A stretch of DNA of 64,000 bases, taken from Lingula anatina (Eukaryota > Animalia > Brachiopoda). The stretch's first letter is position 1. Each line of letters opens with the position of its first letter. A program made the translations under genes and the position numbers. Location: the NCBI GenBank assembly GCA_051362555.1, contig CM120640.1, positions 65,016,788 to 65,080,787 on the forward strand. Reading direction: 5' to 3'. Shown piece by piece: positions 1 to 12,296 of the stretch. The notes below the pieces were generated by a model, which worked only from the letters and a program-made list of their open reading frames with translations, did not search any database and was not told the origin of the DNA.

Positions 1-1155
1 TATATTTCGATATTGCCATAAGGGATTTATGATCTTGAGGGTTGAGAAGGATAAATAGTTTCTGATCACTGCCTGCTATATGTAATTCATAATTTTGTCT
101 CTCAGTATTTGGGAGGGAATTGAGCATGCTTTGTCGCTCTGTTTGGTAATTGCTGCAAGTGAGGAAGAAATGTTTCTCGTCCTCTATTTCTATTTTACAA
201 TGTATGCAGGTTCTTTCTTCCAGAGAGATTTTCATGTGCCTGCCTCTCTCTATCGCCAGTTCATGGTCACTTATTCTGTAGAAGTAACCATAGAGCAAGA
301 AAATGAACGTGAACATATACAAGACAAACATGCATATATACAGATGTTTTATTATAAAATCCTGTCCGCCATTGAATTATACTTTGATAGAAACTTGATA
401 GACTAAATCAGCTTAGAAAAATATATCCATTACGTATAATTTTTGTTTATGTTTATGAATGTTTTTTTACGATCCTTAGAAATTAAGTTATAAATCAAGG
501 TCACTTAGATGACTCCAATATTTAAACGTTTATCGAAAGCAACCTTCGGCTTTTAGTGAATTGTCTGATTTTTCAAATTGCCACAGTGAGCATTTCTCCC
601 AGAAAACCGTTCAGCTTTGATCTTATTTGAAAAGATTGATAAATGCGTTTTTCGCGTTCACCGCAAATGTGTGTATGTTGTACCTTTTTTTTAATTTCAT
701 ACATTGATGAATAAAGTAGACATTATTTCAATATGGTCATTAATGCGTTCCTTAATTGACAGTTATGTATGTGCAGAAATGTTTCGTTAATTTTAGTTAA
801 TAATTCATATTCAGACGTGACTTCGACCATAATTGATGTTGTGCAGCGACCTGGAATTGCAAACATGACAGTCAAATGCAAAACCATCACTCTTCATTAG
901 TTCCATTTTCTAATTGTCATGCTATTCAAACCATCGGTTGAAGTGAACTCAAATGTCCCTCCTTCGAATTTTTTAACGTTTCCATTGTATATTTAAAGAA
1001 AAACATTCCACATTTCATCTATAAAATTTAATTTGTGTATCTGTAACACAAAGAATGGTAACCAAGCTCAAAACGCGTGCAGCTGTGTACTTGATCACAT
1101 ATGGTAACATTTCTCATCATATTACACAGTGTTTAAGGGAAATCTAAAATTTTGT

Positions 1156-2295
1156 CTATTCATGCTTTACTTCTTTTGTATCCAATTGCTTCTTCATTTC
1201 AAAAGCAACCACCGTTACAGCATTTCCAACATCAGTCTCACCTGAATCTGGCAACGTGGGAACACATATTTTCTGCCCACCATAGTCGAACAAAAGTTTA
1301 TTAAGAAAAGCATGGGCACTGATATGTTGATTTTTAACAGCAGTGTTAACAATGACTATGGCAGTTTTCCCTCTGGTAAAATCTACTTTGTAGTATTCTT
1401 TGGTCTCAAATGACAACTGTTCATATTTCATCAAGTCCTGGTCATCTATGATCTTGTTCTCTTCAGGTATGTCTGCATCATCTTCTGACTCTTGGATCAG
1501 GCTTTCCACCATTGCTGGATCCATGGGACTGGCTTCTCTAGGAGACCAGTCGGCACAGTCTAGCACATGAACCTTGGTGTCTTCATCCAGATGACTAATC
1601 AAGGAATTAACAGTTACGTCTTGAACAATGGGGATGTGAAACTGACATCCCTTTCCTGCCTGAACTACCTGTAGGTCCCACACATCAATGCAGCCTGCAA
1701 ACAAACATTCCCCATTAAAAATTACATTTGTTTCTTTGTTGTGTATAAACTGTGGAAATAAGAAAAAGCATTCGAATCCCATGCCAATTCTATCTTGTAC
1801 TTGACATTGGCCAGCAATAAACATTCAGCTTACCACCTTAAAATTTTAATTGTAAAAAAAAAACTCGGTATTTTACAGATAACACAAAATCTGGAAAACA
1901 ATATCCATGAAGTATGCAAATGGCCATTTTAATAGGACTGTAACAACTTCCAACCATATAATCCATGACAATAATGGTAATTCAAAAATAAATAAATAAA
2001 TAAATAAATAAAATCCTAGCAAAACAACTGGAGAGAAGTGATTGTCTACCTTCAGCAAGAAGGATTTTATCTACTCTTGCAGCAGCAGCTGCCTGTAAAA
2101 GTGTCACCATACTTGCTGGGTCTGTCACTCCATCACATATCAGTGTTATGGGGCAAACGTCCTGTCTCTGCATACCTATCCTTTCAGGGAGAGGCATCCT
2201 AAAGATACCTGAGAGGGAAAGTATACATTCATTATAATCTAACAAGCAACTATAAAACATGTGTATAACACCTAGTGAAAAACAACATGCACACG

Positions 2296-2347
<52 letters not shown>

Positions 2348-5300
2348 ATGACCCAAAAATGTTACCCACTCTAACTGTTCACTGTATATCATGTCAATAC
2401 TTAAATCTTTTGGGTCAGAAGAAAAATGTCACGGAATGTTATGAAGTTTTTATTGGATACTATTAGTTCCTTACAGTCTCACTATTTCAGAACAGTGTTC
2501 AATAATTCATGACATGTTCAATCCTTGCACCTCATCCTGAATTAGTTGCTTCTCAGTGCATGGATTCCACAAATGTCATTAATTATTGAACAACACCAAT
2601 TTTTAATATTCAACATAATGAATACATTCCAGTTATATATTATAGCAATGTTCAGCAAGAAAAATGCTCCTTACCTACAACATTAGGTGTTTCATCAGCA
2701 TTACACCACAGTTGCATTGACTGCTTCTTAACTCCATATACATTTGGAATTTTCTTTTTACTTAAAGTTAAAGTGTCCAGCTTCTCTTGTACATTTAACA
2801 TTACTTTACTGTCTCCGGAAAAGAATATGCTCTTGGGAATAAGACCTGCTTCCAGTGCTCTTAATATCAATGCTTCTCCCTGCACCAAAATTATATCATG
2901 TTTCTTTCGACTGTAGGCAGTCCTTGTATGCTGCATAATGTACCTGAAATGAAAAAAATGCTTAAGTACCGTACATGATGAATAGGATATTTAACAAAGA
3001 AATATCCATATATGAAAACATTCAAACACGCTCAGATTGGGCTAACCAACTTCTGGGCATATTCAATTTAATGCACAATTCAGAAAAAGAAACAGTACCC
3101 TGACAGGACTTCGCCAAATTCTCACATTCAAAATTCCATGGTTGGAAGCCTTTCACAGTTTAGGATACTGTGGCCATATAAAAAAAGTTAAGCAATGTAC
3201 TGGTTCATTTACACAGCTATAAGCAGCGAAATTTATTGGTTTTTCATAAGTACCAACTTGTAAAGGAGATACATTGCAGTCACTTAAAGTTGAGTCAGGA
3301 CATTTCATAGTTACTTTAACATTCACTTTATATTCACATATTGGAGGATGTGCTACAAATGAACTAGCATACCTATCGCAGTAAATGCAGAACTCTTGAA
3401 AAGTAGTGATAGAGACAGATCTTAAGAGATAAGCAAGCAATAGCAAAATCCAACACTTTTATGGTTACTGTGAAGGTGCCAAGAATAAGATTTTCCCATG
3501 CTTGAGCTTTAAAAAATTACAACAAATCAACCCTTGATCATTCTTTCCTGACACTCAACATAACTATGTTACATTCTGGAGAAAAGTCAAGATAGGCAGC
3601 CAGTTTTGTAAGAATGTGATAAATTTGGTGACAGTAAATCATATTCTGAAAAACTATCAAAAGTAATATTAGAGACCATTCCAACAGATATTTAGATTGA
3701 TCTATCCCCCTGAGGAGTCTCACTAAATTGCTGTCAACTTGGCCGGCTTAAATGTCTGTCACATCTGTAAAGCTGTAAGAGGGTAATTATCTTTACCCTA
3801 GCTGATTCAGTAGGCATGACAGACTTAAGCTTTAAGCTTCTTGAGCTGGCAGCAATAGGGACAGTCGGGCTGACGTCACGCGCCTTAGCAACCGGCATCT
3901 GGGGTAAAACAAATCGGGCAACATGGCGGATCACATTGACTTCTAAGTAAAAGTTGGCAGACTTTGTCCGAAGATATCATACTTCGAAGTGCCTGAACAC
4001 TTGTGTCAGTGAGGATGAGTTATTCACCTGGTCGATTTCCTTTACAGGCCTTTGTAATTAGCGGCTGCACACCTGGTTAAGAGATAAAATCAGCTTAATA
4101 TAACTGCCGATCGTTATCTGTGATCGGGGATTTTACAGCAGAAGATTTTGCAAAGGCAGTGCTTGACCTTTTGTGTCTGGCGGGTTGAATCATTTACCTG
4201 GACTATTAAGTTAAGCCTAGGTCCCAACTACGTTTTGGACACATGGTTTTTAGGTTCCTAGGACGTAGCTAGATCGCACGTAGCGGCTGTTGATCATGTC
4301 GAAAAGTTTCTACGTGCTGTTTGCGTCCTCCAAAAGACATAAACTCACAGGTTTGTCAATATATTGACGTACTTATTTTTCTTATCTTTATAACGCCCTC
4401 AATTAACTTACAACAAAAAAGTTCGACGTTATAGTCCATTAATTTTAACTAAAAGAATTGATATACCGTCACACATGCCAAAACAAGATGCAATCTCAAT
4501 TTCTTGTAAATACTACTTTTTAATTCCTGTAACAATTGACAAACATAAATACCAAACAAGGTACAATGACTTTCTCCATATCTATAATAAAATTAACTAT
4601 ACACACATACACAAATCTCGTAGTGCATGTATACAGTGTAGCTATGACCAAATCTTGTTTCGATCATAAATCCCGTCTTTAGTCACGTTTGCACGACCTA
4701 TAGCCTGCAACAGTCGTTTATTTTTTATATTGAAATTTAAGAAATCCTCTTTGATTTTATTAATATGTTGGTAGTGTCACCTGGTATACAGCAAGCTTCC
4801 ACCATTTAACTTTTGTACGTGCCTGTGAGTTAAACAGTACCGGTTCAATTCAGTAGGCCTGCAAAATCTACCCGTCATGTGTGTCAGCAATATGCAATGT
4901 CAACAGTTATAAGTACAATTGAAACCTTCCTTGATAACATCAGTTGCTTTCATACGGTTTTCTTTTCAAAGAGATGTGAATATTATGCTCATCCAGGTAG
5001 GCAAATGAGTCTTTGCAATCTACCACTGTAAGATTCCCGATCACAGAAAACGATCGGCAGTTAAGGCCGATTTTATCTCTTAACCAGGTGTGCAGCGGCT
5101 AATTACAAAAGCCTGTAAAGGAAATCAACCAGGTAAATAGCTCAACTTCACTGACGCAAGTGGTCAGGAACTGTGAAGTATGATATCTTCGGACAAAGTC
5201 TGCCAACTTTAAGGAGCGGATGTACCCAAATATAGCTAAAAATAGCCATTTTTGGTTTTTTATGTCTAATTATTGGTTAAACGTGTATCTAACGTTTAAC

Positions 5301-8300
5301 AGAATAAAATTTTTACATTTTGAACAAAAAATTTGTTTTTTCTGATTATTCTGATGCTGCACACATCGACAGCGGTGGCCTGGTATATGCCCCGCCTTCG
5401 TTGTCAAGGGCCGTTGGCATGGGTAAACTCGGTGGGCGGACCTTAGCAGCATCAGCACGTCTAGGGAAACAATAGAACAGGGATGCGCCATGCCCCCTTT
5501 GTCATAAACAGCGATCGGCAAAGCAGTGCCTATTGTTCCGCTTAAGCTGTTTTGATAGTCTCTCTTGATTGTGATCAGCGCTAAGATGAATCTTTTCCGA
5601 CACATTGGATTTGCTCCAAATACTCGTTCTCCCTTGAATATTGCTTGTTGTTACACGCGTTCTTTCGATTTTCTTGTTAACTTTTTGAGATACGCAAAAG
5701 AAAAGAAGAAAATTCCGTTGCTTGCTACCCGTGACAACAATCGTCATTCTTTCTATCCATTTTCGCCAACAGGTCGATGCAGTTTAGTGTTAGATTTTAA
5801 AAATATACATGGGGGTAACTAGGCATACGCACGGATGCACTGTGCGTACATTTTTTTGGCCAACCATGATATTATTTTATATAAATTTAGTGTATTTTTC
5901 ACGGAATATAAAGAAATTCTCTGCTTATTAAAGTCACCTGTATGAACAAATCCTCTGTATCAATTGTATAGGCACAATTGTTCTGACACCCCCCTCCCCC
6001 CGTCTTGCATACTTTTATTGAACTGAGGTAAACAATGCCTGAAACCTTAACAAGTTTTATCTTAATCGTCCATCTAACTGGAACTTCCTTTACCTCTTTA
6101 TTGGAGGGTTCAGTGGCCCACAACTCACCTGAAGCCTCGCTGGCAATATTTATCTCAGGTAAAATATCTGTGTGTTATTTTCAAAGAGCAGCTCACGCAA
6201 CCCTGAGGGCATTAGATAAAATCTGGACACCAGGTTTCATAAGGAGCTAGAGAAACGAAGGAAGGATTTTTCCTGCAAAGCGTCAAAGAATTTTGACACG
6301 GACTTGACCCAGCTTATCCCTCCAAACTAACAGGGTGACATGGACAATTTTTACAAACATATAATAAAACTTAGATGTACCAGAGCTCTGTCGTGTCGTA
6401 CAATTGGTTGTTATGGGGAGCCATGCATCCACATGTAAGGTTAATGAAATCTAATGTTAGTTCAACTCAGAGGCGGATCCAGGATTATTCGAAGGGCGTT
6501 CCACGTATGCGAAGCTAGCCTCCTTTTAAATAAATATACCATTCTGGGTAATAAGTTTATTGAAACTTTTTTAATTGCGAGAATATTTCTGACTAAATGA
6601 TGTTTTATTATTAATGGAAATTAAGCTGCGGTGTGTGGTACATATGCTGTGATTACGCTGTCCTTCATCTCTTGCGTTAGTCTATATTTTGCTGGGAATG
6701 TAAAAAATCTGTGCGTACAATTTTTTTAAGGTCTGGTTACGCCCCTGAATCTATGCAACTTGGGCAATTCGGCCCTAGCATCGAGGCTCAACTCCTATTT
6801 ATTTCTGCTTACCATTGGTAATCGGAAAATCAACAATGATAATATCTAACCTTTCCACCTGTTTTCGAACCATTTTTCGCTTGGCGAATGTGGACAGGAC
6901 CGCATGCGATGCTGCTATTGTGTGCACATCCTAGAGCGCATCCCTAACACTTGCCCCGACGGCAATTGACGTGGCCACTGATTGCTTGGGTCATTAGGGC
7001 TTACTAGATTGCCTGTCAATCATTCTGGCAGTGCTAGCGGTAACCCCTTGAAGTTACTAACAGGAGGTGAGATTGATACAAAAATAAGATTTTCTGACAT
7101 CCAAATACATGCAAACAAGCTAATTTCAACCGGCAAAAGAGTACCCATCTTCGCGATCGTCAGAACGATAACAGGTAAAGCTGTCAACAATTTTATTTGC
7201 TTATATGGACAATTAACTTCACTGAAAGGGTTTTTGCTCGTTTTCTTTGCTTTCAATATTGATGAGATAGCGTTATCTTAACAAGCTTTAACTATCTACC
7301 TGTACACCTGAGGGAGACCAAATTCACCATGCTAATTATGAACAGTATGCTCTAAAAGTGCTTTTTAAGAAATTTTGATTGATCCTCTCTTTTCTAATTT
7401 ATAGACTTTGAAAGTGAAAATTCCCTAATATTTTGATGTAATTTCACGTTTTTATAGATAAAATCAACAATAAGTGTCTGAAGAAAAATCCCTGACTCCA
7501 TGCTGTAGTACTTTGTTCAAGTGTCATAATGACATCAAAAGCAAGTTTATAGCTGTCCAGGTGCCTGAGAAAATCAGGTGTATAAAAATGGTGTTTTTGT
7601 CCCCAAAATCCCAATATTACGTCACACGATGAAGTTAAAGCTGTGTTCCAAGCATAATTAGATATTTTGAAGATACGTTAAATGAATGTGACAGGAATAA
7701 AAAAGCCAAGACCTTTATTTTAAGAGAAAATCTCAAACCTACATTCCCTCCTTAACATAGAAGTCAATGCGATCCGCCATGTTGCCCGATTTGTTTTATC
7801 CCAGATGCCGGTTGCTAAGGTAAAGTGCCCGGATGACCGACTGTCCCTATTTAGCGTGAACCCCCAGGGAGTTAGGTCAATCCAGATGGATCGATCTAAA
7901 TCTGTAGGAATGCAGTCTCACTTGTACTTACTAGTACATATTTCCAACAAGAAATGGTTTACATACTTATACCTAAAAGTACTTGTATTCAAAATCTTAT
8001 GATTTTCCCTTTAGTATGCCAAGGATACAAGTAAGCCATCTGTAAAAGAAATGTAACTAAGAAAGACTTACCCAAATCTAGGGTCCAGTTCTTTCAGCAT
8101 TTCGTAACGTAATGGTTTCACTTTCACGCTATGTTTAGGGGCGTTTGACTGGTCTTCACTACTTCCTATAACAGGTGGTGCAACAGAAGACTTTGAAAAT
8201 TTCTTAAATTTTTGTGGTTTCTTAGGAGTGCTAGGAGTGGTAAATGCTTTTCTCTCTCGTGGATGTAGGTCTTTCCATTCACGAGGCTTCTCAATCGGTT

Positions 8301-8493
8301 TTATGTGTCGTTTGTGTTGTTGTTTTCTCAATTCTTCTTCCTCTTGTGGTGTCATAACTGTAATTACCTTTCTCCTCATCAGTTTAGCATAATTTCTGGC
8401 AAAAATGGGAGTAAGTCGTTCAATACTAGTGTGTGTTTCCCGCAAAAATAACCCAGACCTCAGGAAGAAATGTAATTTCGTGGGCGCAGCCAT
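1156..8493 (-). CDS. MRM3: Mitochondrial rRNA methyltransferase 3 (RNMTL1)-like SpoU/TrmH-fold protein, 4 exons, 462 aa; catalytic motifs degenerate
   Basis: Exons 8493-8072, 2943-2675, 2208-2050 and 1694-1156 have GT/AG junctions and total 1389 nt in one frame ending in TAG. The N-terminus is basic and transit-peptide-like (MAAPTKLHFFLRSGLFLR). Family segments: IILVQGEALILRALEAGLIPKSIFFS, PITLICDGVTDP, GCIDVWD..V..AG.G..F.IPI, GGQKICVP, FEMKKQL. Head-to-head with GLOD4, as at the human locus. Confidence 0.9.
2300..2345. repeat. (AG)n microsatellite
   Basis: agagagag run in MRM3 intron 2. It produces the spurious ERERER and SLSLSL ORFs. Confidence 0.95.
5213..7751. mobile_element. TTAA-target insertion (Kolobok-like termini) nested in the MITE right arm
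   Basis: TTAA at 5209-5212 and 7752-7755. Termini ggagcggatgta ... tacattccctcc form a 10/12 inverted match. Removing the element restores ctgccaactttaacatagaagtc, colinear with the left MITE arm. The superfamily call is inference. Confidence 0.75.
6468..6747. mobile_element. Degenerate short CAGGGGCGGATCCAGG-type MITE
   Basis: Starts cagaggcggatccaggattattcgaag and ends ggttacgcccctg. The start resembles the copy at 58767. No clean TSD. Confidence 0.4.
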
Positions 8494-8688
8494 TTTCTAT
8501 ACGCTAAGAGGAAAATGGCATTTTAGCCAATCACGCTTTCTCTGTCGCTTGCGCCCGACGCTACGCGCACGTGCCATAGTAAACATTGAATAGAAAACCA
8601 CACGTTAGTAGTGTTACCACAGCAGGTGGTGAAAAAGTGGGATTTGGAGGCTGCACGACAGAATATCGGTTCCACTTTAATAGTAGAC
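8494..8688. promoter_or_regulatory. Bidirectional promoter shared by MRM3-like and GLOD4
   Basis: 195 bp between divergent ATGs and locally CpG-rich. CCAAT box (agccaatca, ~8525), NRF1/E-box-like gcgcacgtgc (~8565), and YY1-like AAAATGGC at ~8512 and overlapping the MRM3 ATG. Confidence 0.8.
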
Positions 8689-11600
8689 ATGTCAGCTACG
8701 AGGCGTGCTTTGCATTGGGTTTTCAAGGTTGGAGATCGAACGAAAACTGCAAAATTTTACAGAGAAGTTTTAGGAATGAAGGTACGAGTAACTGTGTTAT
8801 GCTGCACAAACATGATGGTTTCGCATGACTTGCAACTTGCATGAGTGGCCATGCTGACATATGGCACTGTGTCATTAGGCGTTTTTCTAGACAATATTGT
8901 CCAACGGGTTTTTGATGGGATCGTTTTAAAAGGGTTCAAACATATCACTGTACCAGTACCTTGACTTTTGCATAAATTTCGTGCTACATGTACTCGCCCC
9001 CATATGCAAATGAAATTCTAGGTGAAATCTGAAGAGGATAAAATAGTCAATTTAAAGCATTTCCTTGTACAGTATTGTCTTGATTAAATGATTTGATGCC
9101 CAACTATTCGGAACCATAAAATTGAATAATAAATGTACTGAATATATGGATTATTTTGAATAGATATTAATGGTAAAGTATTATATTATATTAACTAGTA
9201 AAATACATTATTTCAGTTTTTGCGACATGAAGAATTTGAAGAAGGATGCAAAGCAAGTTGTAATGGGTAAGGACAATTGCTTGTACAAACAGAGGCTCAT
9301 CATTTGTTCAACCAATATGTTGCAAATTTATGAGTCATTATGCTTATATTGTACTTTCAACAAGGAGGCATATACTTAGTATGTACAGTGTAATATGGTG
9401 TAGTTCATTAATATGGTAAATCACATTTGCTTCGGAGTTATATATTGTTCATAGTGTTTAATATTTAAAGTTGCCAGAAAAAATCAGAATAATAAATTAC
9501 AGACCTAAAGTGGTATATTTTATATTCAGCCCATATGATGGAAAATGGAGTAAGTCCATGGTTGGGTTTGGACCTGAAGATGATCACTTTGTTGTGGAGC
9601 TGACTTATAATTATGGGTTAGGATCCTACCAACTGGGAAATGATATGCAGGTACAATTGACTGGTGCATGTGCCGTGCCAAAACACATGTGATAAACAAG
9701 AATGGAAGTGGCAGATTTTGAGTTTGTTCTATTTTGGCAATTAAAAAATATCATTTTGAGATCAATGCAGACACCAAGCCATATTTTTTTTTCACAAAAT
9801 TGCAGTTTCATCTCAGATGTTGTAACTTTCAGTTACTATAAAACAGGTTTGTTTGCATGTAGCTGTGGCAGGCAAAATTGAATGAAAAAAAGTATTTTTT
9901 TAACTGCTTTCTGTTTCATATTACATAGGGTATTACAGTGCACTCTAAACAGGCAGTAGAGAATGCTGCTTCACACAACTGGCCTTCTAGTCAGATAGAT
10001 GGAGCCACTGTTGTAAAGGCCCCAGATGGATACCCATTCATTTTGATAGATAAACAAGAAAGCGGTGGTTTGTATAATTTCAATCAATCAAGGATTTGAT
10101 GTGTTTTAATTTGCCATTCTTTCTGATTTCCTTAATTTTCCTTCTTTGATGATACCTACATATAGTATACATTAATTGTATGATTGATATTCTGAATATG
10201 TCAAATAGGACCACTGAGTATGCTGTACTCATAGGTGTAAGGGTCTTTTCTAATTATTTACACTGTATATATCTTCTCTGCAACATTACTATTTTGACCC
10301 TTTACTATTTTGACCTTTAAACACTGAACAAAGGATGATATCATGCAAAAGTACATGTATAACACGATCATTTTCAGATCCAGTCAAAAAAGTTACATTA
10401 TCAAGTTCCAACCTACAGAGGACGATAGGTAAAATATGGAGGAGATAATTTTTGCACTTAATATATGCTAAATATATTGTCAATTCTTAAATTTTGTCAT
10501 ATTTAAAAATATATTAAAATTATTGATAAGACAAGACATAATGATAAATGTTGTAAAAGATCTTTTTTTCTATCAGATTATTGGACTAAATTATGTGGGA
10601 TGAAAATTTTCTCTCAAAGTGACAAAAGTGTGACACTTGGGTATTCAGATAATCAGGTATGGAATTTTGGAATCTTTTGAACTTTGTCTCTTGTTTGATA
10701 TTTGTATATTGGTCCCTCCTGTCTTTTTTGGGCACTCATGCTAGCAGCTACTGAAAAATATTTTTATTGTGTACACATTGATAGTATGTAATGCTTAGAA
10801 GATGTGACCTTACTATTAAATATCCGTGTCATTTGGTGTACAGATAGTGATAAACATGAACTACTGGTAGTAGCAGGCAGCTTGATTTGAAGGAGTAATT
10901 TTTCTTTCCTCAGTGCAAGCTTGAGTTTGTGGACATAGGTCAGCCCATTGACCATGCTAAAGCTGGTGGCAGGATTGCTTTTTCATGTCCAAGAGCAGAG
11001 GTAAGACTTGTAGTAATAGCAATTATAGTAGTAGTAGTGGAAGCAATCTACATACATTAATAAATTTAAAAGATTTTGTCTTTTTAGATGATTTTAAAAG
11101 AAGTTGAATTTTTATTTAAAAATTAGACTAGTTGTATGAATATTTTCACAGATGTTTATGCTATAAACATTATTTTCAGGAACAATTGTCATTTTTATGA
11201 ATTTAAATAAAATTCTGCTAGGTTGTCTCAAGTGTATCAAAAAGATAGCAGTGTCTTGATTTATAGCTTCCAGATATAGAAAGCCAGATGAAGGCAGCTG
11301 GACAGACCATCCTCACACCCCTGGTCAGTCTGGACACTCCTGGCAAGGCTACTGTAGAAGTGGTCATCCTGGCTGATCCTGTAAGTACAAGCCTTCCAGC
11401 ATTTCTAGCGTACATGCATTTAAAATGATAATGTGCATGTGGTAATGCCCTGTGAATTTTGAATGGATCCTAAACTTCGAATGATCTTTTAAAAAATTGG
11501 CCATCTGGAGTTTTGAAGCCCATAAATTTCAACCAGGAAGTCATTTTGCACAATGGTGATTTTCGTGAATTTTGCACGGCTTAAAAATCAGCCTTTTTTC

Positions 11601-12296
11601 ATGGACATAAAATTACCAGATATAATGTACACATTTTTTAAATGTAGCCTCAGCTGAAATCTTTTTGATCACTTTCATGTTGAACTTGATCAAAATCTTT
11701 TTTAAAAGTTTATTTCTGTCATACCAACAAATACGGTATAAGAAATATAATTTGATACTTGTACTTAATTGTAAATTGTCCTGTATTTTTAGGATGGCTA
11801 TGAAATATGTTTTGTTGGAGATGAGGCATTCCGGGAGCTGTCCCAAATGGACTCTACAGCTGAGAAGTTGATAGATGAGGTAGAGTTAATGTTAACATGT
11901 TGTTAACCTATATTAAATTTTGAACTTTTTAAAGTTACACATTGTTAAACTTTATTTTTCATTCATCAACATCATGATCTGATCCTATACAACCTGATAA
12001 AAAAATTGTTTATAAGAATATTCTGACACCAAATGCTATGTGTCTTGGAAAGTCCCTAATCCTGGTTAGTGGCTGGGCCTTTTTATGTCTATATACATTT
12101 CACAAATTATTATAAAAATTGAATTTTAAGCAAATTAGAAAATAAAAATCAATATTAAAATATAGAGAGTAAATCAATATAAAAATATAAATATATACCT
12201 TAACCTTCACTATTTCTGTTTATTTTTTAGGCTATTGCAGCTGATAAAAGTGATGAGTGGTTTGCCAAGAAGGGACTTGTGAAGTCTTCTGAATGA
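8689..12296 (+). CDS. GLOD4: Glyoxalase domain-containing protein 4, 10 exons, 295 aa
   Basis: Exons 8689-8781, 9217-9266, 9530-9650, 9929-10067, 10378-10428, 10577-10656, 10914-11000, 11267-11380, 11793-11879 and 12231-12296 (888 nt, all GT/AG). Diagnostic peptides: [117 protein letters not shown]. Confidence 0.97.

Larger units (their letters stand above)
3857..7848. mobile_element. Non-autonomous DNA transposon/MITE with ~300-bp imperfect terminal inverted repeats; right arm interrupted by a second element
   Basis: The left arm 3857-~4170 (agggacagtcgg...cttagcaaccggcatctggg...gttggcagactttgtccgaagatatcatacttc) is the reverse complement of ~4996-5210 joined to 7756-7848 (...cccagatgccggttgctaagg...ccgactgtccct). 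Flanks are compatible with a 2-bp AT or TA duplication. Confidence 0.85.

Noticed and set aside
95-406. 103-aa ORF at the window start
   Set aside because: Non-ATG start, no recognisable domain and no supporting splice structure.
5270-5822. Overlapping ORFs inside the TTAA element as a transposase gene
   Set aside because: Short and fragmentary, with no DDE, THAP or zinc-finger motif I can identify. Left as a possible remnant only.
8611-8688. N-terminal extension of GLOD4 in the ORF track
   Set aside because: It depends on a GTG start. Homology begins at the ATG at 8689 (MSATRRALH).
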